Numbered from the stretch's first letter, positions 17,810 to 27,471 are shown. The stretch: DNA of 64,000 bases from an uncultured Candidatus Saccharibacteria bacterium (GCA_964592365.1 CAZQDL010000002.1:86139-150138), one strand, 5' to 3'. Notes: a model not told the origin generated them from the letters alone. Numbers and translations are program-made.

Positions 17810-20017
17810 ATGCATCTTAAACGATTAGAACTTAACGGTTTTAAGTCATTCGCTCATACTAGTGAATTTGTTTTTGATGTCCCTATCATTGCTATTGTAG
17901 GACCAAATGGATCTGGAAAATCAAATGTGGTTGAAGCTATTCGATTTGTGTTAGGAGAACAGTCAGTGAAATCAATGAGAGGGAAGACTGGATCGGATTT
18001 GATTTTCAAGGGATCAAAAGACATATCAAAAATGTCTCGTGCACGAGTGTCAATTACTTTTGATAACAAAAATCGAGTTTTCTATATCAATCAAGGTGAC
18101 ACCAAAGAAATTAGTGTAGACTTCGATGAGGTGACCATCGGAAGAGAAGTTTTTTCAGATGGAAGTAGTGTATATCGAATTAATGGTACTGAAGTGAGAA
18201 TGAAAGATATCCATGAACTTATCGCTTCTATTAACATTGGTTCTTCAGGGCACCATATTATCTCTCAAGGAGAAGCTGATCGATATTTAAATGCAAATGC
18301 AAGAGATCGTCGTACATTAATCGAAGAAGCACTTGGTTTAAAGGTGTATCAATATCGATTAAAAGAATCATTACGAAAGTTAAAGAAAGCAGAAGAAAAT
18401 CTAAGAGAAACTGAATTGTTAAGAAGAGAGATTGCCCCACACATTCGTTTCCTTAAAAAACAGGTTGAAAAAATACAACGAGCTAAAGAGCTACGAGTTA
18501 TTCTTGAAGAACAGTACCTTGATTATCTCAAACGAGAAGATTTTTATATAAAACATCTTCAAAAAACTTTGCAGCAACAAGAGGAAATTCTTCTTGAAGA
18601 AAAGAGAGAGGTTGATATTTATCTTGCTTCTCATCAGCAACAAACAGTAGAGCAGATTTCAGAGGAAAAAGATTTAATGGATGTTGAAAGAAAACTTTCA
18701 GGTATTAGACAGCAAAAACAAGAATACCTAAGAGAGATTGGCCGACTTGAAGGAATGATTTCAGTGTTGCAAAAACCAAAGCAAACTTCGGTGAATAAGC
18801 AGTTTTCGTACCAAAGAATTGTAACATTCAAAGAAGAGATTCAGGGTATTATAAATACTCTTAACCGTACTGATATCAGTTCACTTACTCATTTCCTCTC
18901 TATTCTTTCTGAAAAATTAGATCATCTCATCGGAGAGCATACAGAAGAAACTATCCATGAAGATACCTCGCTTCAGGAATTCCTAGCAAAGGAGAGTCTT
19001 TTGAGAGAATCACTTTCTGATATTTCTCTTCAAGAAGATGGCTTGATAAAAGAAATTGTAGGAATTCAAGAAGTAATTTCTAAAAAAAGAATCAAGCAAC
19101 AAGAAGAACAGAGAGAATTCTTCATCATGCAATCAAGGAAAAAGGAACTTGATGGAAAACAAGAACTTCTCCATTCGAAAAAACAATCACTTCTTCATCG
19201 TATTGCTGATCGTGATTTAGAATATCAAGAAGCTCTTGTTTTATTAGGATTAAATCAACTTGAAATACAAGAAACTGATTTCAATGAGGTAACTACAGAA
19301 TCTCAAACACAGTTAAGAAGAGAACTTGAACGTAACAAGATTCGTCTTGAAGACATGGGTGGAGGAACTGGAATAGAAACAGTTAAAGAATATGAGGAAA
19401 CAGTACAGCGGGATGAATTTTTGTCGAAAGAAATTGATGATGTACAAACCACTATTACTTCCTTAAATCAGATCATTAATGAATTAAAGGGAACCTTAAA
19501 TATTGAATTCAATGCTGGAGTAGAAAAAATTAATATTCAATTCAATAACTTCTTTACCCTTATGTTTGGTGGAGGAAAGGCTGTGCTAAAAGAGGTTATT
19601 ATGAAAAAGAAAAAGTCACCAGAAGAAGAATTTGATACTTCTGAAGACGAAAACCAAGAAGAGTATGGTATTGATATTGCTGTAGAGCTACCTCGAAAGA
19701 AAGTATCTGATCTTGATATGCTCTCAGGAGGAGAACGATCATTAACATCAATTGCTTTGCTTTTTGCACTGTCTCAAGTAAATCCACCACCTTTTTTGGT
19801 ACTTGATGAAACTGATGCTGCCTTAGATGAAGCAAATAGTCAAAAGTATGGTGATATGATTGAATCACTATCAGCATATTCACAACTTATTTTAGTTACG
19901 CATAACAGAGAAACCATGAGTAGAGCACAGACACTATTTGGAGTTACGCTTGGTCGGGATGATGCATCAACAATGCTTTCGCTTCGATTAGAGGATGCAG
20001 AAAAGTATGCGAAATAA
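17810..20017 (+). CDS. smc: SMC-family chromosome-segregation ATPase, unusually short (735 aa), no recognisable hinge
   Basis: N-terminus MHLKRLELNGFKSFAHTSEFVF...IVGPNGSGKSNVVEAIRFVLGEQS is a textbook SMC head; C-terminus LSGGERSLTSIALLFAL...LVLDETDAALD carries the signature motif and Walker B. Middle ~400 aa are coiled-coil-like with no glycine-rich hinge. rnc-smc synteny as in B. subtilis. Confidence 0.75.
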   Translation: MHLKRLELNGFKSFAHTSEFVFDVPIIAIVGPNGSGKSNVVEAIRFVLGEQSVKSMRGKTGSDLIFKGSKDISKMSRARVSITFDNKNRVFYINQGDTKEISVDFDEVTIGREVFSDGSSVYRINGTEVRMKDIHELIASINIGSSGHHIISQGEADRYLNANARDRRTLIEEALGLKVYQYRLKESLRKLKKAEENLRETELLRREIAPHIRFLKKQVEKIQRAKELRVILEEQYLDYLKREDFYIKHLQKTLQQQEEILLEEKREVDIYLASHQQQTVEQISEEKDLMDVERKLSGIRQQKQEYLREIGRLEGMISVLQKPKQTSVNKQFSYQRIVTFKEEIQGIINTLNRTDISSLTHFLSILSEKLDHLIGEHTEETIHEDTSLQEFLAKESLLRESLSDISLQEDGLIKEIVGIQEVISKKRIKQQEEQREFFIMQSRKKELDGKQELLHSKKQSLLHRIADRDLEYQEALVLLGLNQLEIQETDFNEVTTESQTQLRRELERNKIRLEDMGGGTGIETVKEYEETVQRDEFLSKEIDDVQTTITSLNQIINELKGTLNIEFNAGVEKINIQFNNFFTLMFGGGKAVLKEVIMKKKKSPEEEFDTSEDENQEEYGIDIAVELPRKKVSDLDMLSGGERSLTSIALLFALSQVNPPPFLVLDETDAALDEANSQKYGDMIESLSAYSQLILVTHNRETMSRAQTLFGVTLGRDDASTMLSLRLEDAEKYAK

Positions 20018-20021
20018 AAAC

Positions 20022-21170
20022 CTAGTTTCCTAGGTTTTTATCATACACCACATGTTCTTTAAGGTAATCAAGAATGTTACGAGTATCCTGCTGGCGTGTA
20101 TTTGATTGAAGAATCACTACCCCAATATTTTTTATTTCACCATTTGAAAGAGCAATTTCGTAATATCCAATACTTGTTTGTTGAGCAGCATTAGTAAATC
20201 CAGTTTTACCTCCTCTAAATTCAGGAAATCCTGATGCTTTGTTAATATTTCTCCAAGTATATTCGTTGATACTTTTTTCAGATAGCTGAGAAATTCCGAC
20301 TATCTGTGGATAGGTGTTACGAGTAATCTGCATGAAAGAAAAGAGGTCTCTTGCTGTTGAAACATTTTGGATAGAGAGTCCTGTAGGATCTCCAAACCCT
20401 GTATCTAATAGCTCGTATGATTCAACTATCTCATTCATACTTGCGATAAAATTAGCCCTATCTCTCTGTTGAGCAATAACTTCACCTGCATCATTTGATG
20501 ATACTAGCAAAAGAGGGTAAATGAGTTCCCGAATGGTAAGGGTATCTCCGGGTATAAATCTACCTCTGTTTCCTAATACCTCAAGTTCTTTGGGATCAAT
20601 AGTAGCAATTTCGTTTGGTGGAAATTTTTCTGCTGCAGTAAACGCTGTAAAGTATTTGGTAATTGATGCGATAGGGTATATTTCCTTTGCTTTTCGTTCA
20701 AAAATTATCTCTCCTGTATCAAGATCACCTACCAAGAAACTTCGAGCATTAACTGATCCAAGTCTTTCAAGAGACTGTAAATAATATTTTCCCTGAACCT
20801 CATCTTCAATATCAAGTGCTGCAAGAAGTTCTTTCTTTTGTCGTTCATATTCTTGAAAAAGTCGGAGATCTTCTTTTGCTTGTTCTAGGGTTATAGGGCT
20901 AAGATTTTGTAGATTAAATACTCGTTGAGCAGGGTAGATACGCTGATCTTTAGGAAGAGGAGCTGGATCATAGTCAAGAACAATTTCTTCTTCGTTACCT
21001 ACTAGATTTGCTGCAAGTTGGTCTTGTATTGGGTCAGATACTTTTTCTTTGGTATTTGTTATTCCGTTATCAAAACCAAAAATAACTGAAAACACAAAAA
21101 AGGCTCCAATGAGGAGCAATATTGCCATAAATAATTCACCTATTATTTCTGAACCACTTTGTTTAGCCAT
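20022..21170 (-). CDS. D-alanyl-D-alanine carboxypeptidase (S11/PBP5-like), N-terminal membrane anchor
   Basis: SxxK (ASITK), SxN (SSND) and KTG (KTGFT) motifs in canonical order. TATACT 9 nt upstream of ATG on minus strand. Confidence 0.8.
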   Translation of the reverse strand: MAKQSGSEIIGELFMAILLLIGAFFVFSVIFGFDNGITNTKEKVSDPIQDQLAANLVGNEEEIVLDYDPAPLPKDQRIYPAQRVFNLQNLSPITLEQAKEDLRLFQEYERQKKELLAALDIEDEVQGKYYLQSLERLGSVNARSFLVGDLDTGEIIFERKAKEIYPIASITKYFTAFTAAEKFPPNEIATIDPKELEVLGNRGRFIPGDTLTIRELIYPLLLVSSNDAGEVIAQQRDRANFIASMNEIVESYELLDTGFGDPTGLSIQNVSTARDLFSFMQITRNTYPQIVGISQLSEKSINEYTWRNINKASGFPEFRGGKTGFTNAAQQTSIGYYEIALSNGEIKNIGVVILQSNTRQQDTRNILDYLKEHVVYDKNLGN

Positions 21171-21198
21171 ATTATTATTAGTATACGATATACAATGG

Positions 21199-23106
21199 CT
21201 ATTTACTACTTTCTACTTTAGGAATATCTAATTGATAATCAATTAAGGTACGTTCAAGATCAACTTTTTTGATTCTCATTTTTACTTTGTCACCAATCTT
21301 AAATCTCTTATTACTCTTTTTTCCCACAATTGTTGCGGTTTTTTCTTTAAATTCCCAAAAATCATTACCTAAATCTTGGAGTCTAATCATTCCTTCTGAA
21401 CGTGAGTGTTCCTCTGCAACAAAGACACCAAATTTTGATGCTCCAGTAACTATTCCATCAAACACATCGTGTTGATTTCTTGCTGACATGTATTCAACTT
21501 GTTTGAGTTTAATTGAATTACGTTCAGCTGTTACCGCTGACTGTTCTTGTTGTGAACAATGGTTGCACATTTTTTCATGCCATGGCTGATCATATTCTGG
21601 TGCTGTTCCATTTAGAGCGTGTTCAAGAAGCCGGTGTGCAAGTACGTCAGGATATCGTCTAATCGGAGAAGTAAAATGACTATATGCATCAAAAGCTAGT
21701 CCAAAGTGACCAATATTATTCGTTGTATAGATAGCTTTTTGCATTGAACGAACAATAACTGATTGTAGGGTTTCATAAATTTCAGAACCTTCTGCTTCTT
21801 TGATAATTCTCTGAAGAGTTTCAGCAGGGATAATATTATCCTTAAGGGTTACTTGGTATCCTAATAGTGAAAGAAAATCTTTTAGTTTTTGTGCCTTCTC
21901 AGGATCAGGAGTATCGTGAACACGGTATACGAAGAAGGGAAGTTCTGTCTTTTTTACCGCAAGCGCAACTTCATTGTTTGCTAAAAGCATAAACTCTTCG
22001 ATAAGTTTATTAGTATCAATACGTTCTTTTATTTTTACATCAACAGGTTTTCCTTTCTCGTCTAAGATGAATTTAACTTCATATGTTTCAAAGTTAAGAG
22101 CTCCTTTTGCATACCGCTGTTCTGTATATATCTTTGAAAGCCTATTAAGCTCTAATAGTTCATGAGCATACAGACCTTCTTGTGCATCAAGAATATCTTG
22201 TGCTTCTTCATAGGTGAATCGCTTATTTGAATTAATTAGTGTTCTTCCAAACCATCTATCAAGAACATTTCCATTTTCAGGGTTGATGGTAAATACGGCA
22301 GAGTAAGCAAGTTTTTCTTCATCTTGTCGTAGAGAACATAATCCGTTTGAAAGTTCCTCAGGAAGCATAGGAATCGTCCTATCAACAAGATATACCGAAG
22401 TAGTTCTTTTCTGTGCTTCTTGATCTAAAGCGGTTCCTGGCCGCACATAATGAGAAACATCTGCAATATGAATACCAATTTCATAATTACCGTTATCATC
22501 TTTCTTGAATGAAAGCGCATCATCAAAATCCTTTGCGTCTGCTGGATCTATCGTAAAGGTTAAGGTATCTCTCATATCACGTCTTCCTTCTCGATCAGTG
22601 TCAGTAATTCCACGTCGTTCAAGTTCTTGTGCTTCATGCTCAACTGCTTCAGGAAAAGCAAAGTCAAATCCTTGTTCAAGAGCAATTCCATTCATGTGAG
22701 CATCGTTGCTTTCAGGGTGCCCAAGATCTTTTTGAATAGTTCCAACTAAAGGATTTCCATATTGCTCTACGACTGCAAATACCTTATTTCCTAGTTTGAT
22801 AGAAACGCTATCACCATTAGGAATTACAATATCCGGAATCTTAAAATTATCAGTATCAACAATATAGTGATCTCCTTGTTTTTTGAAGATTCCTCCGAAA
22901 CCAACTTGTGATCGGTTAATTACAGAAACTACTTTTCCTTCAGATTTCTTTTCATCAGTCATTACAACTTCTACCTCATCTTTGTGAAGTGCTGTGTTAC
23001 TTTCATGTTTAGGTATTTCAATTACCGTATCTTTTTCCTGGGTTTTTACGAAACCAATACCATTTTTCCCAAGAGAATAGATACCTTTAAATGTTGTTTG
23101 TATGTT
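21199..23106 (-). CDS. rnr: ribonuclease R (RNB family exoribonuclease with cold-shock and S1 domains)
   Basis: CSD-like GIGFVKTQEK, RNB-domain DRTIPMLPEELSNGLCSL...SPIRRYPD, C-terminal S1. ORF track start 23169; internal ATG at 23106 (MNIQTT) is 7 nt downstream of TGGTATACT and preferred. Confidence 0.88.
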   Translation of the reverse strand, partial: NIQTTFKGIYSLGKNGIGFVKTQEKDTVIEIPKHESNTALHKDEVEVVMTDEKKSEGKVVSVINRSQVGFGGIFKKQGDHYIVDTDNFKIPDIVIPNGDSVSIKLGNKVFAVVEQYGNPLVGTIQKDLGHPESNDAHMNGIALEQGFDFAFPEAVEHEAQELERRGITDTDREGRRDMRDTLTFTIDPADAKDFDDALSFKKDDNGNYEIGIHIADVSHYVRPGTALDQEAQKRTTSVYLVDRTIPMLPEELSNGLCSLRQDEEKLAYSAVFTINPENGNVLDRWFGRTLINSNKRFTYEEAQDILDAQEGLYAHELLELNRLSKIYTEQRYAKGALNFETYEVKFILDEKGKPVDVKIKERIDTNKLIEEFMLLANNEVALAVKKTELPFFVYRVHDTPDPEKAQKLKDFLSLLGYQVTLKDNIIPAETLQRIIKEAEGSEIYETLQSVIVRSMQKAIYTTNNIGHFGLAFDAYSHFTSPIRRYPDVLAHRLLEHALNGTAPEYDQPWHEKMCNHCSQQEQSAVTAERNSIKLKQVEYMSARNQHDVFDGIVTGASKFGVFVAEEHSRSEGMIRLQDLGNDFWEFKEKTATIVGKKSNKRFKIGDKVKMRIKKVDLERTLIDYQLDIPKVESSK

Positions 23107-23169
23107 CATACCTGAAAGTATACCACATGTACTTGCTAAATAAGGACGATTTGATAGGATAGCGGTCAT

Positions 23170-23739
23170 ATGTTAATGATGAGATTACAAAGAATTGGTC
23201 GTCGAAACGAAGCACACTTTAAAGTTGTGGTTATTGAAAAGACCAAAGGACCAAAGTCACAAAAGTATGTTGATATTATTGGTTCATACAATCCAAAGCT
23301 AGGGAATGTAACTATTAATGCTGAAAAGGCAAATAAGTGGTTATCAGAGGGAGTACAACCTTCAGATACCGTACGTAACTTCCTAATTAGCCAAGGAATC
23401 CTTGAAGGAAGAAAGGTAAATGCATTACCAAAGAAATCTCCTACAAAGAAGAAAAATGCCCCTGAGGTAGAAGAAAAACCAGAACCAAAGGTAGTTGTAG
23501 AAGAAGTTAAGGCTCCAGAAGTTGTTGAAGAAGTAACTGAAGCACCAGCTGAAGTTGTTGAAGAAACTCCAGAAGCAAGTGAAGAAGTATCTGAAGTTGT
23601 TGAAACACCAGAAGTTGCAGAAGAAGTTTCAGAACCTGGTGCTGAAGAGGTAGAAACACCAGCTGAAGTAGTTGAAGAAGCACCTGAAATAGTTACAGAA
23701 GAGTCTTCAGAAGAAGAAAAAGAAGAAACCACCGTATAG
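23170..23739 (+). CDS. rpsP: 30S ribosomal protein S16 (bS16) with ~110-aa acidic PEV-repeat C-terminal extension
   Basis: N-terminal ~80 aa MRLQRIGRRNEAHFKVVVIEKTKGPKSQKYVDIIGSYNP... = bS16; remainder is low-complexity PEVVEE(V/T)... repeats. Confidence 0.85.
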   Translation: MLMMRLQRIGRRNEAHFKVVVIEKTKGPKSQKYVDIIGSYNPKLGNVTINAEKANKWLSEGVQPSDTVRNFLISQGILEGRKVNALPKKSPTKKKNAPEVEEKPEPKVVVEEVKAPEVVEEVTEAPAEVVEETPEASEEVSEVVETPEVAEEVSEPGAEEVETPAEVVEEAPEIVTEESSEEEKEETTV

Positions 23740-23771
23740 TGTGGTTTCTTTTTATTTGGTATAATTTGTGG

Positions 23772-23889
23772 GTCACATTGTCTTCAGTGTAAGTCAGTGG
23801 CGGCACTCACATAGGATGTTCAATGGAGCTCGCACCCACTGGCTTACATTGGAGATAAATAAAAAAATATCTGAAAAGATATTTTTTTT
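23772..23889 (+). ncRNA. candidate structured small RNA of unknown class, own promoter and terminator
   Basis: Extended -10 TGGTATAAT at 23757..23765. A 20-bp helix (23781..23800 pairs with 23836..23855) whose three mismatches are all G-U wobbles on the plus strand but A/C clashes on the minus strand. Ends with hairpin aaaaaaatatc-tgaaaa-gatattttttt. No match to SRP RNA domain IV, tRNA or RNase P motifs. Confidence 0.4.
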
Positions 23890-23896
23890 ATTTTGA

Positions 23897-23905
23897 TGAT
23901 ATAAT
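23897..23905 (+). promoter_or_regulatory. extended -10 TGATATAAT 7 nt upstream of pilin-1 ATG (leaderless)
   Basis: Identical TGATATAATTC element precedes three of four pilin paralogs at 7-9 nt from the ATG. Confidence 0.55.
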
Positions 23906-23912
23906 TCGTTGT

Positions 23913-24416
23913 ATGAAATCTAAAGGATTTACATTAATTGAACTGCTGGTCGTGGTAGCCATTATTGGGATATTGGCAACGGTAGTGTTGGCATCACTAG
24001 GAAGTGCCCGAGTGAGAGCTCGAGATGCTTCAATTAGAGCATCACTTACAGGAATGCGGGCTCAAGCAGAGTTGCAATACCTTGTTGATGGTAATTACAA
24101 TAATATTTGTGATCCTGAAAGTCAGTCAGGAAAGATGTTTGCAGCAGCACATGCTTTATCTTCCGTCTCTTCAACAACAATGAATCTTTGTGCAGATCAA
24201 GATGGATATTTTGGAGTAGTTCCTGGAGGTACTTTACCAACAGGAGATCTAGGAGCTTATATGGGAACGGATTCAAATGGAACTGTTTGGCTTGCTGAAA
24301 TTCAGTTAAATAGCGGAGGATGGTTTTGTGTTGATTCAAATGGAGCAGCGAATAATGTGAGTACGATATCTCGTGTAGGAAGCCCAATGGATAAGACGTG
24401 TAATCCAGCTTCTTAA
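23913..24416 (+). CDS. type IV pilin-like protein (prepilin N-terminal cleavage/methylation motif), paralog 1
   Basis: [39 protein letters not shown]: class III signal (G|FTLIEL), hydrophobic alpha1-N helix; two C-terminal Cys (D-region). Confidence 0.85.
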   Translation: MKSKGFTLIELLVVVAIIGILATVVLASLGSARVRARDASIRASLTGMRAQAELQYLVDGNYNNICDPESQSGKMFAAAHALSSVSSTTMNLCADQDGYFGVVPGGTLPTGDLGAYMGTDSNGTVWLAEIQLNSGGWFCVDSNGAANNVSTISRVGSPMDKTCNPAS

Positions 24417-24425
24417 TTGTTATAT

Positions 24426-24452
24426 AAAAAATAAACCATTACGGTTTATTTT
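24426..24452. terminator. bidirectional terminator (ataaacc attac ggtttat + T-run)
   Basis: Read directly between convergent genes. Confidence 0.6.
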
Positions 24453-24455
24453 TTA

Positions 24456-25133
24456 TTATTTCAAAATATATCTGAGTGTTGAAACAACTCGTACATTCTT
24501 ATATTCAGGAGAGGCTTGATCCTTGTTGGTGATAGAGAATACTCCTTGATTTGCTCTCGCAAGATCACCTAAAGATGCATCTGAATCTTCAGCAAATTTT
24601 TCAGCAGCTTCCTTTCCGTTTGCTATAGCTTCAGCTAACATATCAGATTTAATGCTGTTAAGATCAGTGAATTCGAATTCTATATAGCTGTTGTTGAAGA
24701 TAACACCATTTTGGATAAGGGATGCAGTATTTTCTGAGCTTGTTCGAAGTAGATCAACTTTGTCAGTATATACTGACATTTGAACACTAGCGTTGTATCG
24801 AAATACTGAATCACGATAGGTGTCTTGATATACATTGATAGGTGCTACGTTGAATTCTTCCTCTTGGAATCCTTGTTTGATAAGGAATGATTTAATAGTA
24901 CTTGTGTTGGTATCAATCTGCTTATACAAATCATCAATATCATTTGATTTTACATCAATTCCAATTGACCAAATACCTCTATCAGCTTTTACGATTCTTT
25001 CAGAAAGACCTTTTACTTCAACATATTTTCCTTGATCTGAAAAATTACGAGAGGCACTTAGGAAGAATATTCCTGCAATGATGACCGTTGTGATAATAAC
25101 AATGTCTTGTGTTCTGATGGTTATGTTTTTCAT
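24456..25133 (-). CDS. SIMPL/YggE-like (DUF541) membrane-anchored protein
   Basis: N-terminal TM then a domain resembling SIMPL family proteins; TGGTATACT 6 nt upstream of ATG (MKNITIR). ORF track start 25151 is TTG. Confidence 0.45.
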   Translation of the reverse strand: MKNITIRTQDIVIITTVIIAGIFFLSASRNFSDQGKYVEVKGLSERIVKADRGIWSIGIDVKSNDIDDLYKQIDTNTSTIKSFLIKQGFQEEEFNVAPINVYQDTYRDSVFRYNASVQMSVYTDKVDLLRTSSENTASLIQNGVIFNNSYIEFEFTDLNSIKSDMLAEAIANGKEAAEKFAEDSDASLGDLARANQGVFSITNKDQASPEYKNVRVVSTLRYILK

Positions 25134-25216
25134 ATACATAGTATACCACAAATAGCATCATCTGACTTGTAAAAAAAAATAACCAGGTTGTGGTTATTTT
25201 AAGGGGGATGTTCTCT

Positions 25217-25304
25217 TGGCGGAGGCGACAGGATTCGAACCTGCGAAGGTATTACCCTTACTTCGTTAGCAGTGAAGCGCTTTCGACCACTCAGCCACGC
25301 CTCC
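25217..25304 (-). tRNA. tRNA-Ser (anticodon GCU), class II with long variable arm
   Basis: Minus-strand read ggaggcg-t-ggctgagtggtcgaaagc-g-cttca-CUGCUAA-cgaag-taagggtaataccttc-gcagg-TTCGAAT-cctgt-cgcctcc-g + CCA: 7-bp acceptor, 3-bp D stem, GCU anticodon, long extra arm, canonical T-loop, CCA encoded. Confidence 0.85.
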
Positions 25305-25383
25305 GTTGACTATTAAAGCAGAAAATTAGGATTCTGCAAAAGACTTTATGTTTATTTTATTTTTACTGGGGTAGAATAATTTT

Positions 25384-26049
25384 ATGAGGCTTTTAATTAT
25401 TGAAGATCAGAAAAAAATCAGAGATTATTTAAAAAAACATCTACAGACTGATTTCTTTGAAGTAGATACTGTTGGTGACGGAAAAAAGGGTTTAGAAATG
25501 ATTCGTCTTCATGATTATGACCTAGTTATTTTAGATAATTTACTTCCAGAAAAGAATGGTGTTGAAGTATGTAGAGAAGCGCGTTCATTTGGAATTCAAA
25601 CACCAATCCTTATCCTTTCTGTACTCAGCAGTGCAAAGGAAAAAACTGAACTTCTAAATGCTGGTGCTGATGATTATCTTTCTAAACCCTTTTCTTTTGA
25701 AGAATTGCAGGCTCGTATGCAAGCATTGCTACGAAGACCCAAAATTATCAAACAAGAAGTATTACAAGTAGGAAATATACAACTCAATGATACTACCAAC
25801 GTAGTGAGTGTTGGTGATGTTCGAGTAAAACTTACCAGAAAAGAATTTATGCTACTTCGTTATTTTATGACCAATGTAAACATTGTGCTGTCACGATCAA
25901 TGATCATTGATCATGTATGGGATATGAATGCTGATCCATTTTCAAATACCATAGAGGCTCATATCGTAAGTTTAAGAAAAAAGATATTTGATAAAAAGCA
26001 TATGGTTATTACCACTATTTCAGGAAGAGGATACAAAATGATTGGCTAG
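25384..26049 (+). CDS. OmpR/PhoB-family response regulator (receiver + winged-helix), orphan (no kinase adjacent)
   Basis: MRLLIIEDQKKIRDYL...DLVILDNLLPEKNG...DDYLSKPFSFEELQARMQALLRR and C-terminal wHTH. Confidence 0.8.
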   Translation: MRLLIIEDQKKIRDYLKKHLQTDFFEVDTVGDGKKGLEMIRLHDYDLVILDNLLPEKNGVEVCREARSFGIQTPILILSVLSSAKEKTELLNAGADDYLSKPFSFEELQARMQALLRRPKIIKQEVLQVGNIQLNDTTNVVSVGDVRVKLTRKEFMLLRYFMTNVNIVLSRSMIIDHVWDMNADPFSNTIEAHIVSLRKKIFDKKHMVITTISGRGYKMIG

Positions 26050-27416
26050 ATACTTCTAATATCTTGATCTCCATTAATATCACGAACTTCAAAACCTAAA
26101 TCTAAAAGTTCTTTCCTTATCGCATCTGAACTATCCCAGTTCTTTTCTTCCCGAGCGATTTTTCGTTCTTCAAGAAGTTTTATAACTGAAGCAGGAAGAG
26201 CATCTTCCTGTGTTTTATGTACTGATGATAATCGTAGTCCAAGTACCACATCCATTTTGAAAATGGTTGCAAGCATTTGAGATTGATCCTCAAGCTTTAG
26301 TACTTCATGAAATACTGCCAAGGCTTGAGGAACATTCATGTCATCTAAGATAGCTGAAGTGAAGGTGTTCAAAAGATCTGTATGAGGTTCAGAAGGAGAT
26401 ATTGAAGCTAGATCTTTTACTCTATTTACTATTTTCTTGTAACCTTCTTGGGCTTGACTAAGAATTTCAAAACTAAAATTCATAGGAGAACGATAGTGAC
26501 TTTGAAGACAAAGATATCGATATGCCAAAGGATCAATACCTTGTTCATTCAATGTAGCAAGAGTTATATTTCCACCAGTTGATTTTGAAAGTTTAGCTCC
26601 TTTCATATTTAACATACCTCCATGAAGCCAATATGATACATATGGACTACATCCTGTTGCACATTCACTTTGTGCAATTTCATTATTATGGTGAATACTC
26701 ATTAAATCACTTCCCCCTGTATGAATATCAAATTGTTCTCCTAGATATTTCATTCCCATTCCAGAACATTCAATATGCCAACCTGGAAATCCTTGTCCCC
26801 AAGGACTAGCCCAACCATGCTTTTCATCAAACTTCCATAGTGCAAAGTCACTAGGATGCTCTTTTTCAGAATTTACATGAATACGTGATGTTCCTTGATC
26901 TCCTATACCACCTAAGGCACCATATGAGGGCATATGTGAGGTTCTGAAATATATTCCATCACTTGTTTGGTAGGTAAATCCACGTACTTCTAACTTTTGG
27001 ATGATATCAATATCTTCTTGGATATGATCTGATGCTTTTGGAAGATAATGCGGGATATGGATATTTAAGGTATGGAGGTCTTGTATAAATGATTGGGTAT
27101 ATTTTTCAGCTACTGAAAGCATATTTTCAAGAGTGATTTCCATTCCTTCTCGTTTCAATGCCTTTGTCATTTTGTCATCACCTTCATCGCCATCTGAGAC
27201 AAGATGACCAACATCAGTAATGTTCATTACCTGTTTAGTTGTATATCCAAGAAATTCAAAAATTCTTCGGGTAATATCACCCAAAAGAAATGAACGAAGG
27301 TTTCCAATATGAATATGATCATATACCGTTGGTCCACAGTGATACATTGAAATTTCATTATCACGAAGAGGAATAACCTCTTCTTTTTGCTTACTTAGAC
27401 TGTTGTAAAGTTTCAT
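26046..27416 (-). CDS. cysS: cysteinyl-tRNA synthetase
   Basis: MYHCGPTVYDHIHIGNLRSF (HIGH region), KLSKSTGGN (KMSKS). ORF track begins at GTG 27422; ATG at 27416 (MKLYNSL) lies 6 nt after TGATACAAT. Confidence 0.93.
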   Translation of the reverse strand: MKLYNSLSKQKEEVIPLRDNEISMYHCGPTVYDHIHIGNLRSFLLGDITRRIFEFLGYTTKQVMNITDVGHLVSDGDEGDDKMTKALKREGMEITLENMLSVAEKYTQSFIQDLHTLNIHIPHYLPKASDHIQEDIDIIQKLEVRGFTYQTSDGIYFRTSHMPSYGALGGIGDQGTSRIHVNSEKEHPSDFALWKFDEKHGWASPWGQGFPGWHIECSGMGMKYLGEQFDIHTGGSDLMSIHHNNEIAQSECATGCSPYVSYWLHGGMLNMKGAKLSKSTGGNITLATLNEQGIDPLAYRYLCLQSHYRSPMNFSFEILSQAQEGYKKIVNRVKDLASISPSEPHTDLLNTFTSAILDDMNVPQALAVFHEVLKLEDQSQMLATIFKMDVVLGLRLSSVHKTQEDALPASVIKLLEERKIAREEKNWDSSDAIRKELLDLGFEVRDINGDQDIRSI

Positions 27417-27471
27417 ATTCACATTGTATCATGAGCTTTATTGTATCAGTACTTGTGATACACTCAGACTT

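Noticed and set aside
23166-23732. 188-aa ORF antisense to rpsP
   Set aside because: Mirror image of the repetitive acidic S16 tail (S/T/G-rich low complexity); overlaps a confidently assigned ribosomal protein gene.
23772-23889. Assignment of the rpsP-downstream RNA as SRP (4.5S) RNA or a tRNA
   Set aside because: The conserved SRP domain IV sequence (…GGAAGCAGC… with GNRA loop) is absent, and no cloverleaf or T-loop GTTCRANYC arrangement fits. Left as an unclassified candidate ncRNA.
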